64,000 nt of DNA from Alteromonas naphthalenivorans. Lineage in GTDB: Bacteria > Babelota > Babeliae > Babelales > CAIQNR01. Where the stretch lies: NCBI GenBank assembly GCA_047631715.1, contig JBLICC010000001.1:32149-96148 (forward strand), in the 5' to 3' direction. Position numbers and translations under genes: made by a program. Each line of letters starts with the position of its first letter. Within the stretch, counting starts at the first letter, position 1. Below are positions 9,225 through 19,273 of this stretch, piece by piece. The notes under the pieces are model-generated. The model was not told the DNA's origin and ran no database searches. It worked only from the letters and a program-made list of their open reading frames with translations.

Positions 9225-9574
9225 TCTAACCTCCAAGGTTATTTTGAGTTTAAAAGCATGCGAACTGTTCGCATATAATAGTTAGGATACTAAATTGGAT
9301 GACTAAGAAGCAATAGTTTTATAGTCTAGAGCTTATATTAGAATGTATTAAGCTTATTTTTAAATTATACCTCCTATTGCTCTTTGTGTTCTACGGAATA
9401 TCGAGGGCAATTTTTTTGATTTAAAATAAGCTTAAAATGCTTCGATATAAGCTTTAGGAAGTAAAGCTCTTGTTTTTGGTATTCCCGTTATGCTATCTTG
9501 AATATTCAAACTTATCATGGAGGTAAGTAAACAAACTTCTCCCAATTAAAATAGTGGAGAAAAAGGAGGTTAGA

Positions 9575-10042
9575 ATGAAGAAGTTAATGTTAGCAGTGGC
9601 GCTTTTGTTTAGTGCGGTTGGTTCGGTACAAGCAGTGAGTAAAGCATCTACTAGCTGTAAATCTATCAATGCAGGACAATTATTTTGGGATACAAAAGAC
9701 GCTCTTCCACATGATAAAAAAGGTGGATGTTATGCTGTATGTGCAAAACAAAAAGTAAATAAAAAAGTTAGTGGATGGTGGCAGGGACCCCATTCAAAAA
9801 ATTCCTTAGCTAAATATACAATTTGTCAGTGTTGTGAGGTAGCAAAAACTATACCTGTAAAAACAGAACAAGTTTTTTTAACTGCAAGTGATAGAGACCC
9901 TGCTACTCCATCAGATAGAAAAGGTGGATGTTATGCTGTATGTGCAAAACAAAAAAAATATAAGTTTTATAAAGGTAATTGGAGTAAGAATAAGAGTAAG
10001 AAAGGCTCTGTTTGTCAGTGTACGAATGTAAAACCTAAATAA
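9575..10042 (+). CDS. Secreted two-repeat mannan-binding (MVL-like) lectin
   Basis: RBS GGAGGT places the start at MKKLML. Two repeats containing KGGCYAVCAKQK...(W/Y)xG...C(Q)C, with INAGQLFW and GNW...SVCQC, match the MVL/mannan-binding pattern. Confidence 0.6.
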   Translation: MKKLMLAVALLFSAVGSVQAVSKASTSCKSINAGQLFWDTKDALPHDKKGGCYAVCAKQKVNKKVSGWWQGPHSKNSLAKYTICQCCEVAKTIPVKTEQVFLTASDRDPATPSDRKGGCYAVCAKQKKYKFYKGNWSKNKSKKGSVCQCTNVKPK

Positions 10043-13000
10043 TTACGTTTGTAATTGAACTTTAATATTAAATTGCTCTAGCTGTTCTATTATTGGAATG
10101 TCTAGGGCAATTGTTTTTTTAGTCCGTAATGTTAATGATTTTCCATTTTCATGAAACGCAATATGCAATGGAGCTTTGCCTTTGGGTAACAGCTCCTGAA
10201 TTTTTTCTATGTCAGGAATATCTGTAATAGGCAATTGAAGGGTGATAGAAGTGAATTGCTTCCATTCTTGAAAGAACAGCTCTATAGGCACCATCTCGCT
10301 TGCCAAAATTTTGCATTTTCCAGGGCTGCCTAAATCTGCATTACCTTTAACAACGAATACTGTGTATTCATCAAGCCATGCTTCTATCTTTTTAAAGACC
10401 GATGGAAACACTACAATCTCTGCGGTTGAACTGTAATCTTCTATTTGTACAAACGCCATGCGATCACCTTTTTTGGTGTTGATTACACGTTTGCCTTTGA
10501 TGAGTCCAAAACCTGCAATGGGAATATCTCTAAGGGTGTTTACCTGTTTTGCTTTTTCGTGCGAAACGGCAAAGGGTTGCATAGTTAAACGTTTGAGTTG
10601 TTTTTTGTAACCATCAAGTGGATGGGCACTTAAATAAAAGCCAACAACGTCTAATTCTTTTGCTAATTTTTCTTTATCTGTCCAGGGTGCAAGTGGTTGA
10701 AACACATAGGGTTTTAATCTTCCGGCAGCAACATCGGGAGTATCGAATAATCCCATTTGGCCAGTTAAAAGCGCATGCTTTCTTTCTACTGCAGTTTCGA
10801 TAATAATAGAAAACTCTGCAGACTGTTGTGCACGGTTTCCTGGAAGAGTATCGAATGCTCCAGCATAAGTAAGATGCTCAAGAACACGTTTGTTTACGGT
10901 ACGCAAATCAACACGTACACATAAATCTAAAAGATCGGCGAATGGTTTTTCTTTTCGTTGCTCAATAATATTATGCAATGCAGAAAGACCAACATTTTTT
11001 ATACCTTGAAGACCAAATAAAATTTTTCCATTATGTGCACTAAAATTAACATCTGATTTATTAATGTTAGGTGGCAGAATTTCTATCTCCATTTGCTTTG
11101 CTTCTTCTAGATAAAAAGAAAGCTTTTCAGCATTGGTTGATTCGAGCGAAAGTAAACAAGCCATAAATTCTGTAGGGTAATTAGCTTTTAAGTAGGCGGT
11201 TTGATAGGCAATAAGTGCATAGGCTGCAGAATGTGATTTGTTAAAACCATACCCGGCAAAAAAGGCCATAAGATCAAAAAGTTCTTTTGCTTTTTTTGGA
11301 TCAACATTTAATATTTCTGATTTTTCTACAAATATTTTTGCCTGCTCAACCATGACTTCTACTTTTTTCTTACCCATGGCTCGACGCAAAATATCCGCTT
11401 CTCCAAGAGAGTATCCGGCTACGATAGAAGCAATCTTCATAACCTGTTCTTGGTACACAATAACACCATAGGTTTCTTCAAGAACTTCTTCTAGTTGCGG
11501 CAATAAATAGGTAACTTTTTGGCGTCCATGTCGACGCTCGATATAATCATCTACCATGCCAGATCCTAATGGACCAGGTCGATACAAAGCGTTTACTGCA
11601 ATAATGTCTTCGAACTTATCCGGATGCAATTTTCGCAATACTTCTTTTAATCCGTCAGATTCTAATTGGAACACGCCAGAAGTATTACCTGCACAAATGA
11701 GTTCAAATGTTTTTTCGTCATCAAGAGGCAACATATCAATGTCGATTGTTACACCATGATTTTTTTCGATCATTTTAACAGTGCGGTCGATCAGTGTAAG
11801 TGTTTTGAGACCTAGAAAATCCATCTTTAAGTAACCGATGCTTTCTAGTTCTGTCATGGCATATTGCGTTACCAAGTCATCTGATTTTGCAGGGATATAG
11901 ACAGGTAATACATCGTCAATACGATAGGGAGAAATAACAATACCCGCAGCATGTTTAGATGCGTGGCGTGTTAAACCTTCTAAGCGCTCGGCAACTTCAA
12001 AAAGATGTGCAACTTGTGGATTACCGTCGATCATATCTTGTAATCGAGGTTCTTGTTCTTTTGCTTCTTTAAGAGAAATGTTTAATTGGTTTGGTATTAA
12101 ACTGGTAAGTGCGTTGGCATCTTCAAAAGGTATCGAGAGTACACGAGCAACATCTTTTAAGACGCCTTTTGCCATCATGGTACCAAAGGTAATGATTTGG
12201 CAAACTTTATCGTGTCCGTAGAATTCTCGTACATAATCGATAACTTTTTCTCGGCCTTCGATACAAAAATCGATATCGATATCAGGCATCGACACACGTT
12301 CGGGATTTAGAAATCGCTCAAAAAGTAAATTGTATTTGAGTGGATCGATATTGGTAATTTGCAATGCCCAGGCAACAAGTGCACCTGCAGCAGACCCACG
12401 ACCAGGACCAACAGGTATTTTTTCTTTTTTTGCCCATTGAATAAAATCACCTACTACCAAGAAGTAACCAACATAACCCATTTTTATAATTAATTTTATT
12501 TCTAGATCAAGACGTTCGTGATATTTTTCTCGTTCTTGCTCGGCAATAAAACCTTTTTGAAACAAGAGCTCTAAGCCTTGTTTACATAAATGTATAAAGT
12601 ACGATTCTTCTGTGTACTGTTCAGGAACCGGAAAGTTTGGAAAGTGTAGTTTTCCCATTTCAAATTCAAAGTTGCACATGTCAGCAATTTTACCTGCATT
12701 CCAAATTGCGCTTGGATGATCTTTAAATTCTTCGATCATTTGATCGGGAGTGCGCATGTAGGTTCTGCAATCACCAAATGTAAATCTGCCAGGATCACTT
12801 AATTTTCCATGTGTTTGGATATTGAGCATCACCTCGTGTGCTTCGTGATCAGCCAAAGTAGGATAGTGGCAATCACCGGCTGCAAGTAAATTGAGATCGC
12901 GTTCTTTGGCAAGAGCATATAAATTTTGATTTAACGTTACTTGTTCTTCTTGGTCTTCTGGTTGTACTTCTAGATAAAATCTCTCTTTGCCAAAAACGTC

Positions 13001-13483
13001 TAAGAACCAATCGATCTGTTTATGTACACCTTCGATGTCATTACGTTTATACAGTTGTGCAATATGCCCACCCAAGCAAGCTGTGGTAACAATAAGGCCT
13101 TCTGAATGTTTTTTTAGAATTTTATAGTCGATACGAGGTTTAAAATAAAAACCTTCATTAAAGGAGAATGCAATAAGTTTACAGAGATTTTTATAACCAA
13201 TTTCGTTCTGAACCAAAATGATCATGTGATAGTATCTGTTATCAGTAGATCGAACGGCAGCATCTTCTGTAATATATGCTTCCATGCCAAGAATAGGTTT
13301 AATTCCTGCCTTTTTACATTTTTGGAAAAACTTTACTGCACCAAAAATATTACCATGGTCAGTAATGGCCAAGGCTTTTAAATTGTGTTCTTTTCCAAAT
13401 TCAATGAGTCGATCAAGTTTGATTGCGCCATCAAGAAGGGAAAATTCTGTATGAAGGTGAAGGTGAGTAAAATGTTGTTCCAT
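10043..13483 (-). CDS. dnaE: DNA polymerase III alpha subunit
   Basis: PHP domain HLHLHTEFSLLDG, GPGRGSAAG, RVSMPDIDIDF, YGFNKSHSAAY, and clamp-binding motif QMGLF. Confidence 0.98.
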   Translation of the reverse strand: MEQHFTHLHLHTEFSLLDGAIKLDRLIEFGKEHNLKALAITDHGNIFGAVKFFQKCKKAGIKPILGMEAYITEDAAVRSTDNRYYHMIILVQNEIGYKNLCKLIAFSFNEGFYFKPRIDYKILKKHSEGLIVTTACLGGHIAQLYKRNDIEGVHKQIDWFLDVFGKERFYLEVQPEDQEEQVTLNQNLYALAKERDLNLLAAGDCHYPTLADHEAHEVMLNIQTHGKLSDPGRFTFGDCRTYMRTPDQMIEEFKDHPSAIWNAGKIADMCNFEFEMGKLHFPNFPVPEQYTEESYFIHLCKQGLELLFQKGFIAEQEREKYHERLDLEIKLIIKMGYVGYFLVVGDFIQWAKKEKIPVGPGRGSAAGALVAWALQITNIDPLKYNLLFERFLNPERVSMPDIDIDFCIEGREKVIDYVREFYGHDKVCQIITFGTMMAKGVLKDVARVLSIPFEDANALTSLIPNQLNISLKEAKEQEPRLQDMIDGNPQVAHLFEVAERLEGLTRHASKHAAGIVISPYRIDDVLPVYIPAKSDDLVTQYAMTELESIGYLKMDFLGLKTLTLIDRTVKMIEKNHGVTIDIDMLPLDDEKTFELICAGNTSGVFQLESDGLKEVLRKLHPDKFEDIIAVNALYRPGPLGSGMVDDYIERRHGRQKVTYLLPQLEEVLEETYGVIVYQEQVMKIASIVAGYSLGEADILRRAMGKKKVEVMVEQAKIFVEKSEILNVDPKKAKELFDLMAFFAGYGFNKSHSAAYALIAYQTAYLKANYPTEFMACLLSLESTNAEKLSFYLEEAKQMEIEILPPNINKSDVNFSAHNGKILFGLQGIKNVGLSALHNIIEQRKEKPFADLLDLCVRVDLRTVNKRVLEHLTYAGAFDTLPGNRAQQSAEFSIIIETAVERKHALLTGQMGLFDTPDVAAGRLKPYVFQPLAPWTDKEKLAKELDVVGFYLSAHPLDGYKKQLKRLTMQPFAVSHEKAKQVNTLRDIPIAGFGLIKGKRVINTKKGDRMAFVQIEDYSSTAEIVVFPSVFKKIEAWLDEYTVFVVKGNADLGSPGKCKILASEMVPIELFFQEWKQFTSITLQLPITDIPDIEKIQELLPKGKAPLHIAFHENGKSLTLRTKKTIALDIPIIEQLEQFNIKVQLQT

Positions 13484-13525
13484 AGTTGTTCTAGTTTACG
13501 CGAGTGAAATTTTAGCGCAATAGTT

Positions 13526-15601
13526 TTATCGTAATTCTATAAAGTTTATACTTGTATCAACTCTACCAAGTGTACCGTTTTCTACACTGTTGGCAGTAAA
13601 GGTCATGTGACCTCCGGGGTTAATAATGGCAGCAGAAGGATCGGTATTTAATGTTATTACGGTATCGCTTTTGGGGCTTAGAAGCACAGAACCAAGATAC
13701 GTTCCACCAGTAAAAGATGTTGCAGAAGTATCGTACTCAACAGCAGAAAAAGGATTGGCGGCTGTATAGTTTGCTCCTACAAGGGTGGTGCCAACATACA
13801 CGTTGTAACTTACTGTTTTTAAATGACTCGAAGCATAAAATCCCAAATTGATTTTTGTGTACGTATTATTTATTTTACCATCGTGCACTAATTTGTTACG
13901 CAGCGTTATAACAGGAATTTCTGTATCATTTACAGTTTTATTACCTTTTATGCCTCCTCGTACACCTAGATAGGTTTCTTTACCATCTATAAATCCTGCA
14001 GATGACCCAGAGAAAATAGTTAAGTTTGAGGTGTTGGTTGTGTTAGATACGCTATAAAAAAGAGGAAGTTGTGGAATGGCGATGCTAGGGATTGTGTGCG
14101 CATTTGAGTATCTATCAATATGGGCTTTTTCTAAAACTCCTGTAAAGGGGTTTTCTATAGAATAGACAATTGCTCCAAAGCCAAGCCACTGCCAGTGAAT
14201 TTGATAAATATTACCTTTGGTTGGATCGAGTGTTACGTTGCTATTACCTGTACCATCAAATTTATCGATGTTCCAACTACTTTGTGGGGTAAATGCTTCT
14301 GAAGGGGAAGAACCAGTTACGGTTTGAGTAAAAGTTCCTTCGCAAGATGAGGCATTGGTAAGTGAGTAGGTACCCGTGTGGGTAGAAACTGCATCCCAAG
14401 ATAGAAAAATAACCGTATCTCCTCGCGCTTGAGCTGTCCATCCTTTGCCAACATCTGTGTAATCTGCAGCAGCAATTTCGTTTGCTGTTATTGTGGCGTC
14501 ACTAGAATTAGTTACAGAGACATTATTTTTTATAACATCATCAAGTGTAATGATAATGGTTTCTTCGTCGGAAGAGGCTGTTGAGACAGTAAGTGTACGT
14601 ACTTCGGGCGAGCCTCCGCTTCTTCTCATAACTCCAAAGACATCATCTTTATAGCCAAAGAAAAAACCATTAGACTCGGTTCCTGCACCTATATATTGAG
14701 TTGATCCAGTTACTCCTGATGAAAAAATACCACTCATTCTACAAGATGATCCTTGACCAGGATTATAACTAATTCTACCAGTAGATACAGCGAGTGCGGA
14801 TGAGTAAGGAGCGGCACCAGAAGACATTTTTAGCATGCTGTTTTCTGTGGTTATAACTCCATTTTTATTTGCTTTAGAGGTAACAACTCCTGGATGAATG
14901 CCATACATGAAATCTAATTGTAAAATTGGTGTTAGTTCTGCTACTGCTATTTCTCCAAAAGCGGTATTTGAATTTTTAATATTAACAGACAGAGAATTAT
15001 CTGATCCAATTAATACGTTTTCGTAATTGCCAGCGGGGTTTCTACCGGCGATTACGGAACGCACATTTTCTATATCAGTTGTTGCAGTTAAACCTTCTTC
15101 TAATCTACCAGTTAAACCTTTTGAGGCTTGTCTATGAAAAAGAACTTGTAATCTTAAAGCTGTTTGGTCGATTACTCCATTTGCGTAGCGCGCTCTAAAA
15201 AAGCGTGTTATAGGAATAACTGAATGAGGAGATTCTAAAGTAGGATCAATAATAAATAATGTAGTTGAATTATCCCAATTAGTACCGTCGGGAGAAAATT
15301 CTAAATATAATGTACCCGTGGCGGTGCTTGGTTCGGCATGAAAATCGGTAGTAATCAAACTAAATTCTGATATATCTAACGTTTCGCTTACGTAGGTAGT
15401 GTTTGCAGCAAGTGGAGTTGTTTCAGGTGTATCATATAACATGTAGCCAAGAGAGCGCTTTATATCTGTGTTTTTAAGAATGTTTGATTCGGGTTCTTTT
15501 GCAGATGTTGAGGCAATTGTTTCTATTTTTTTTAGTGAAAGTTCTTTGCTGAATGAGGTCGAGTAAAATGACAAACTTAAAAAAAGAAAAACCCAAATCA
15601 T
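13526..15601 (-). CDS. Secreted beta-rich protein with a phage/giant-virus virion-type domain
   Basis: Signal peptide. Motifs TAFGE..P, YNPGQG, NGFFFGY, WNIDKFDGTGNSNVTLDPTKGNIYQIHWQWLGFG. Paralogous to the C-terminal half of 15612-19256. Confidence 0.7.
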   Translation of the reverse strand: MIWVFLFLSLSFYSTSFSKELSLKKIETIASTSAKEPESNILKNTDIKRSLGYMLYDTPETTPLAANTTYVSETLDISEFSLITTDFHAEPSTATGTLYLEFSPDGTNWDNSTTLFIIDPTLESPHSVIPITRFFRARYANGVIDQTALRLQVLFHRQASKGLTGRLEEGLTATTDIENVRSVIAGRNPAGNYENVLIGSDNSLSVNIKNSNTAFGEIAVAELTPILQLDFMYGIHPGVVTSKANKNGVITTENSMLKMSSGAAPYSSALAVSTGRISYNPGQGSSCRMSGIFSSGVTGSTQYIGAGTESNGFFFGYKDDVFGVMRRSGGSPEVRTLTVSTASSDEETIIITLDDVIKNNVSVTNSSDATITANEIAAADYTDVGKGWTAQARGDTVIFLSWDAVSTHTGTYSLTNASSCEGTFTQTVTGSSPSEAFTPQSSWNIDKFDGTGNSNVTLDPTKGNIYQIHWQWLGFGAIVYSIENPFTGVLEKAHIDRYSNAHTIPSIAIPQLPLFYSVSNTTNTSNLTIFSGSSAGFIDGKETYLGVRGGIKGNKTVNDTEIPVITLRNKLVHDGKINNTYTKINLGFYASSHLKTVSYNVYVGTTLVGANYTAANPFSAVEYDTSATSFTGGTYLGSVLLSPKSDTVITLNTDPSAAIINPGGHMTFTANSVENGTLGRVDTSINFIELR

Positions 15602-15611
15602 AATAATCCTT

Positions 15612-18600
15612 TTATATTTTCTCTATAAAGTTAAGGCTTACATTTGCTTCTCCGCCAGATCCAGCTGAAGTTATACCAGTTATAGTAATATCATCTCCTG
15701 GTTGCAAAATTCCAGAAGCAGGATCGTTTACAAGTGAAATATATTCGTTTCCTGTTTTTCCTAATGCAAGTTTAAATAATAGAGTTCCTCCTGAAAATCC
15801 AGTAGCAGAAGTGTCTTTTTGAACAAGAGATGTATTAGTTTCTATATCAGCAAATGATGCTCCCACAAGATTAGAGTTTGCATAAAAGCCTAGAGTAATA
15901 GGTTTTGTATGGTCAACTGACATAGAGATAAAATTTAATTTTACGGGGTCTTTATTGATTTTACTATTATATAAAAAACTGTTGCGTATGCTTAAAATAG
16001 GGCTTTCTGTTGTATCAATAGTAGTAGTTGTGGCAGAAACGCCTCGTACCACTCCAAAAGGGTTTGGTTTTCCTTCTATAAATCCCCCAATAGAACCAGA
16101 TTTAAGAGTAAGATTTGTAGTGTTGCTATCATTTTTTACTTGATAAAAAAGTGGTAGAGTTGGGTTGTCTACACTTGGAGTTAGAGATGAATTTGAAAAG
16201 GCTTCAATATGGCATACCTCAAAATTACCTGTTGAAGCATTTTCTATAGCGTAGGTAATTGCTCCAAATCCTAACCATTGGTATCGTATTTGGTAAACAT
16301 TTCCCTTAGTTGTATCAAGAGTTACTCCTCCAGATCCAGTACCATCAAATGTATCAATACTCCAGTTGGCTTGTGATGTAAATGTATCGGTTGTACCGGT
16401 TCCAACAAGTGTTGATGCAAAAGTTCCAGCAGCACTTGTTACATTTGGATCAGCAAGTGAATAGGATCCTGGATGTGAAGAGCTATCCCATGAAAGGAAT
16501 AATACAGTATCATTCACAGCTTTTGCTGTCCATCCTTTGCCAACATCACTATAATCAGCAGCAGCAATTTCATTTGCAGTAACTGTTGTATCGGTACCAC
16601 TGGTAACAGCAACGTCAGTTTTAATTTGGTTATCAAGTGTAATAGTTACATTGTCTGCTGAGGATGCTTTTGAGCTTACAGTGAGTGTTCTTACTTCGGG
16701 TTGCCCCCCTGTTCTTCTACATACACCAAATTCGGTACCTTGATAACCAAAGAAAAATCCATTTTGAGTATCTCCAATTCCTACGTATTGATAAGAGTTG
16801 GCAACACCAGTTGTATAAAGAGCGGTAAACCTACAAAGAGCTCCTTCTCCTGGAGTGTAGGTAACAGTGCTACGGGTTTGTGAAGTTGCACTAGATTCAG
16901 CAGCGGCTCCTGTTTGTAAGTTAATCATTCGATCTAATTGAGTGATTGCTCCGCTTTGATTTGTTCGGGAATCCATTCGAAGTGAATTTACATTATAGGC
17001 AAAATGTTCAACTACTTGTGCATGAGGTTGTGCAACTGCAAGTTCACCAAATGCAGTTACCGACCCTTGTCCCTGAAGTTGTACACCGAGTGAATCATCA
17101 GGCCCAATTAATATATTTCTATAATCACCAGCTGAGTTTTTACCTACTAAAACAGATCGGCTGAGTTGTGCTTCCGAATCATCAGTTAAGCCGGTGTTTA
17201 GTCTGACAGTGTCTAAAATTCCGTTTACTTTAAGCGTAGCTTCTAAATAAAAATTTGCTTGTCCAGTGCCTCCATTTGTATATTTAACTCTAAAGCCATC
17301 TAAAGCGGTTGGTATTGTTATTTTTTTATAACCAGTGCTAATGTCTGTAGAGCTAAATGTATACAATCGAGTAAATTGAATGGTTTGGCCTGTTTGAACA
17401 TCATCAGTAAATTGAACTTCAATACCGTTTGTTGCAGAAATAACATCAGTTGTGATGAAAAGTTCAATAAAATTGAAACCATCAGTATCGGTCCATGCAG
17501 AGGTGTAAATAGCATTTGCAATTAGTGTAGTGGTTCCATCACTTACATTGTTAAATGCACTACCATCTGCAGGTGTGTTTACAAAATCACCATCAGGTTG
17601 CTGACCAACTCCGATTGATCTTGTCAAGTTTGATGTCATTCCATTTACAATTGTTGAATTTAGTGTTAAAACTTGTGCCGATATAGATTTAGTATAAAAT
17701 TCTGTTTCAAAGAAAAAATCTGTTGTGTCAGAAGACTGAGTATTTGCAAAGATATATCTAACATAGGGACCAAAACTTGGTGCTCCTAAAAAGTCATAAG
17801 AATTAATAGTTGCGTAGGGAGGTGCTAATGTTCTGATGGTATCTGTTCCAGCAGAGTCTGAATACCATTGAAATCTCATTTGACCGGTATTTGAACATAA
17901 AATTTTTGTAGCTACTTCAGTGTATCCTTCTAATGTTAAAAGACCGCTTGAATAAGCCCCACCAACTACAGCGGCTGAAGCATGAGTTGCGGCAGTGGTA
18001 CCAAAAGCACCACGTTCACTGATAGTAAGTGAAGTAGTCCCAGTCTTAGCAGTATAAGCAATAAATTCAGTTCCAATATAAATATAACCACTAGCAGCAA
18101 AACCAGATACATCGGTAAAAAGAGTTTGGGCTCCAGTGGCTCCAGATGCTAATTCTCCTGAAAGTGTTGTTCCACCTAAATTGGTAGTTGTTCTAAAAGC
18201 AGAACCATCTTGTTTTGTATTGGAATAAGCGCCTTGAGGTTCTTTACCCATACCTATCGCTCTTACAATGGTACTGTCAGAATCATCCCCAACAGTTTGG
18301 TTTAATGGTAAGTTTCCTTGTCGAAATACCCCATAATAAGTGTTTACACGAAAACTAGTTGTTTTACTGGCAGAACCGTTTTCAAATCTTATTCTAAAAT
18401 ATCGTTTTCCTTTTACCGCTGTATGAAATTCATGAATATTTGCAGCTACAGTAAATCCCGTTACTGGAAAAGTATCCCAAAGTACCCCATCATTTGAAAA
18501 ATCAAAATATTCAGTTCCTGCAGTATTACTTTTAAGACTTACCATCACATCTGGTTGTGTATTCAATTCAGATGCTCCGATGTAGACTCCGGTTACGGTA

Positions 18601-19256
18601 GCACCATCTTCATGAGTTGCTTCGGTTGAATTAAAAGCTCCTCGAGTGACTGTTAAATCATTGCTTGAAATATTGGTGATACTCATATATTCGGAATCTA
18701 TTTTAATGGTTGTATTATTATCAAATACAGTAGCATCAATAACGGTGACTGTTGTATCGATAGCGCTTAATTGTCCGCCTTCATTTAAAGTAGTTTGTCC
18801 GCCAACATTAGTAGTTGAAGAATTACTTATAGATTGTATTCCAGTTGCGGGATTAGTTTCAGTCGGTTTTTCTGTATGAAGTAGTGTTTGTAGTCGAAAG
18901 GCAGTTTGTGCTACTGCATCATTGACATAACGAATTCTATAATATTGATTAAGTGTTAAAAGGGAGTGGTGGAGATCCTGTGTTAAATCATTTATTGCAA
19001 AACTTTTTGTTCTATCCCAGTTGATGTTGTCGGGAGAAAAATCCACATGTAAGGTTCCTGTTGCAGTAGATGGTGTTCCATAAGCAGTCACTAATATCGA
19101 AGAGAATTCGCTAGCGTTTGTACTTTCTCCGGTAAAAGTTGCATCTCCTGTTAGTGTTGCTGTTGTACTATTTTTAGTATCGATGAAACCTTGCCCGTTA
19201 ATAGGGAGAATATAAAGTAAGCAAAGTGCTAAATAGAGAAAGAGTTGTTTTTTCAT
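15612..19256 (-). CDS. Large secreted repeat protein with phage-virion-type domains
   Basis: Signal peptide. Several repeats ending in ..YxRxRYxN..Q..FRL. Two (T/E)RGAFxxTxATHxxxAxV modules. C-terminal WSIDTFDGTGSGGVTLDTTKGNVYQIRYQWLGFG domain. Confidence 0.7.
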   Translation of the reverse strand: MKKQLFLYLALCLLYILPINGQGFIDTKNSTTATLTGDATFTGESTNASEFSSILVTAYGTPSTATGTLHVDFSPDNINWDRTKSFAINDLTQDLHHSLLTLNQYYRIRYVNDAVAQTAFRLQTLLHTEKPTETNPATGIQSISNSSTTNVGGQTTLNEGGQLSAIDTTVTVIDATVFDNNTTIKIDSEYMSITNISSNDLTVTRGAFNSTEATHEDGATVTGVYIGASELNTQPDVMVSLKSNTAGTEYFDFSNDGVLWDTFPVTGFTVAANIHEFHTAVKGKRYFRIRFENGSASKTTSFRVNTYYGVFRQGNLPLNQTVGDDSDSTIVRAIGMGKEPQGAYSNTKQDGSAFRTTTNLGGTTLSGELASGATGAQTLFTDVSGFAASGYIYIGTEFIAYTAKTGTTSLTISERGAFGTTAATHASAAVVGGAYSSGLLTLEGYTEVATKILCSNTGQMRFQWYSDSAGTDTIRTLAPPYATINSYDFLGAPSFGPYVRYIFANTQSSDTTDFFFETEFYTKSISAQVLTLNSTIVNGMTSNLTRSIGVGQQPDGDFVNTPADGSAFNNVSDGTTTLIANAIYTSAWTDTDGFNFIELFITTDVISATNGIEVQFTDDVQTGQTIQFTRLYTFSSTDISTGYKKITIPTALDGFRVKYTNGGTGQANFYLEATLKVNGILDTVRLNTGLTDDSEAQLSRSVLVGKNSAGDYRNILIGPDDSLGVQLQGQGSVTAFGELAVAQPHAQVVEHFAYNVNSLRMDSRTNQSGAITQLDRMINLQTGAAAESSATSQTRSTVTYTPGEGALCRFTALYTTGVANSYQYVGIGDTQNGFFFGYQGTEFGVCRRTGGQPEVRTLTVSSKASSADNVTITLDNQIKTDVAVTSGTDTTVTANEIAAADYSDVGKGWTAKAVNDTVLFLSWDSSSHPGSYSLADPNVTSAAGTFASTLVGTGTTDTFTSQANWSIDTFDGTGSGGVTLDTTKGNVYQIRYQWLGFGAITYAIENASTGNFEVCHIEAFSNSSLTPSVDNPTLPLFYQVKNDSNTTNLTLKSGSIGGFIEGKPNPFGVVRGVSATTTTIDTTESPILSIRNSFLYNSKINKDPVKLNFISMSVDHTKPITLGFYANSNLVGASFADIETNTSLVQKDTSATGFSGGTLLFKLALGKTGNEYISLVNDPASGILQPGDDITITGITSAGSGGEANVSLNFIEKI

Positions 19257-19273
19257 TTAGTTAGTCCTTAATC

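Noticed and set aside
9258..9274. LexA (GAAC-N4-GTTC) box
   Set aside because: The half-sites are separated by 1 nt rather than 4, and no matching box was seen before uvrA or ruvB.
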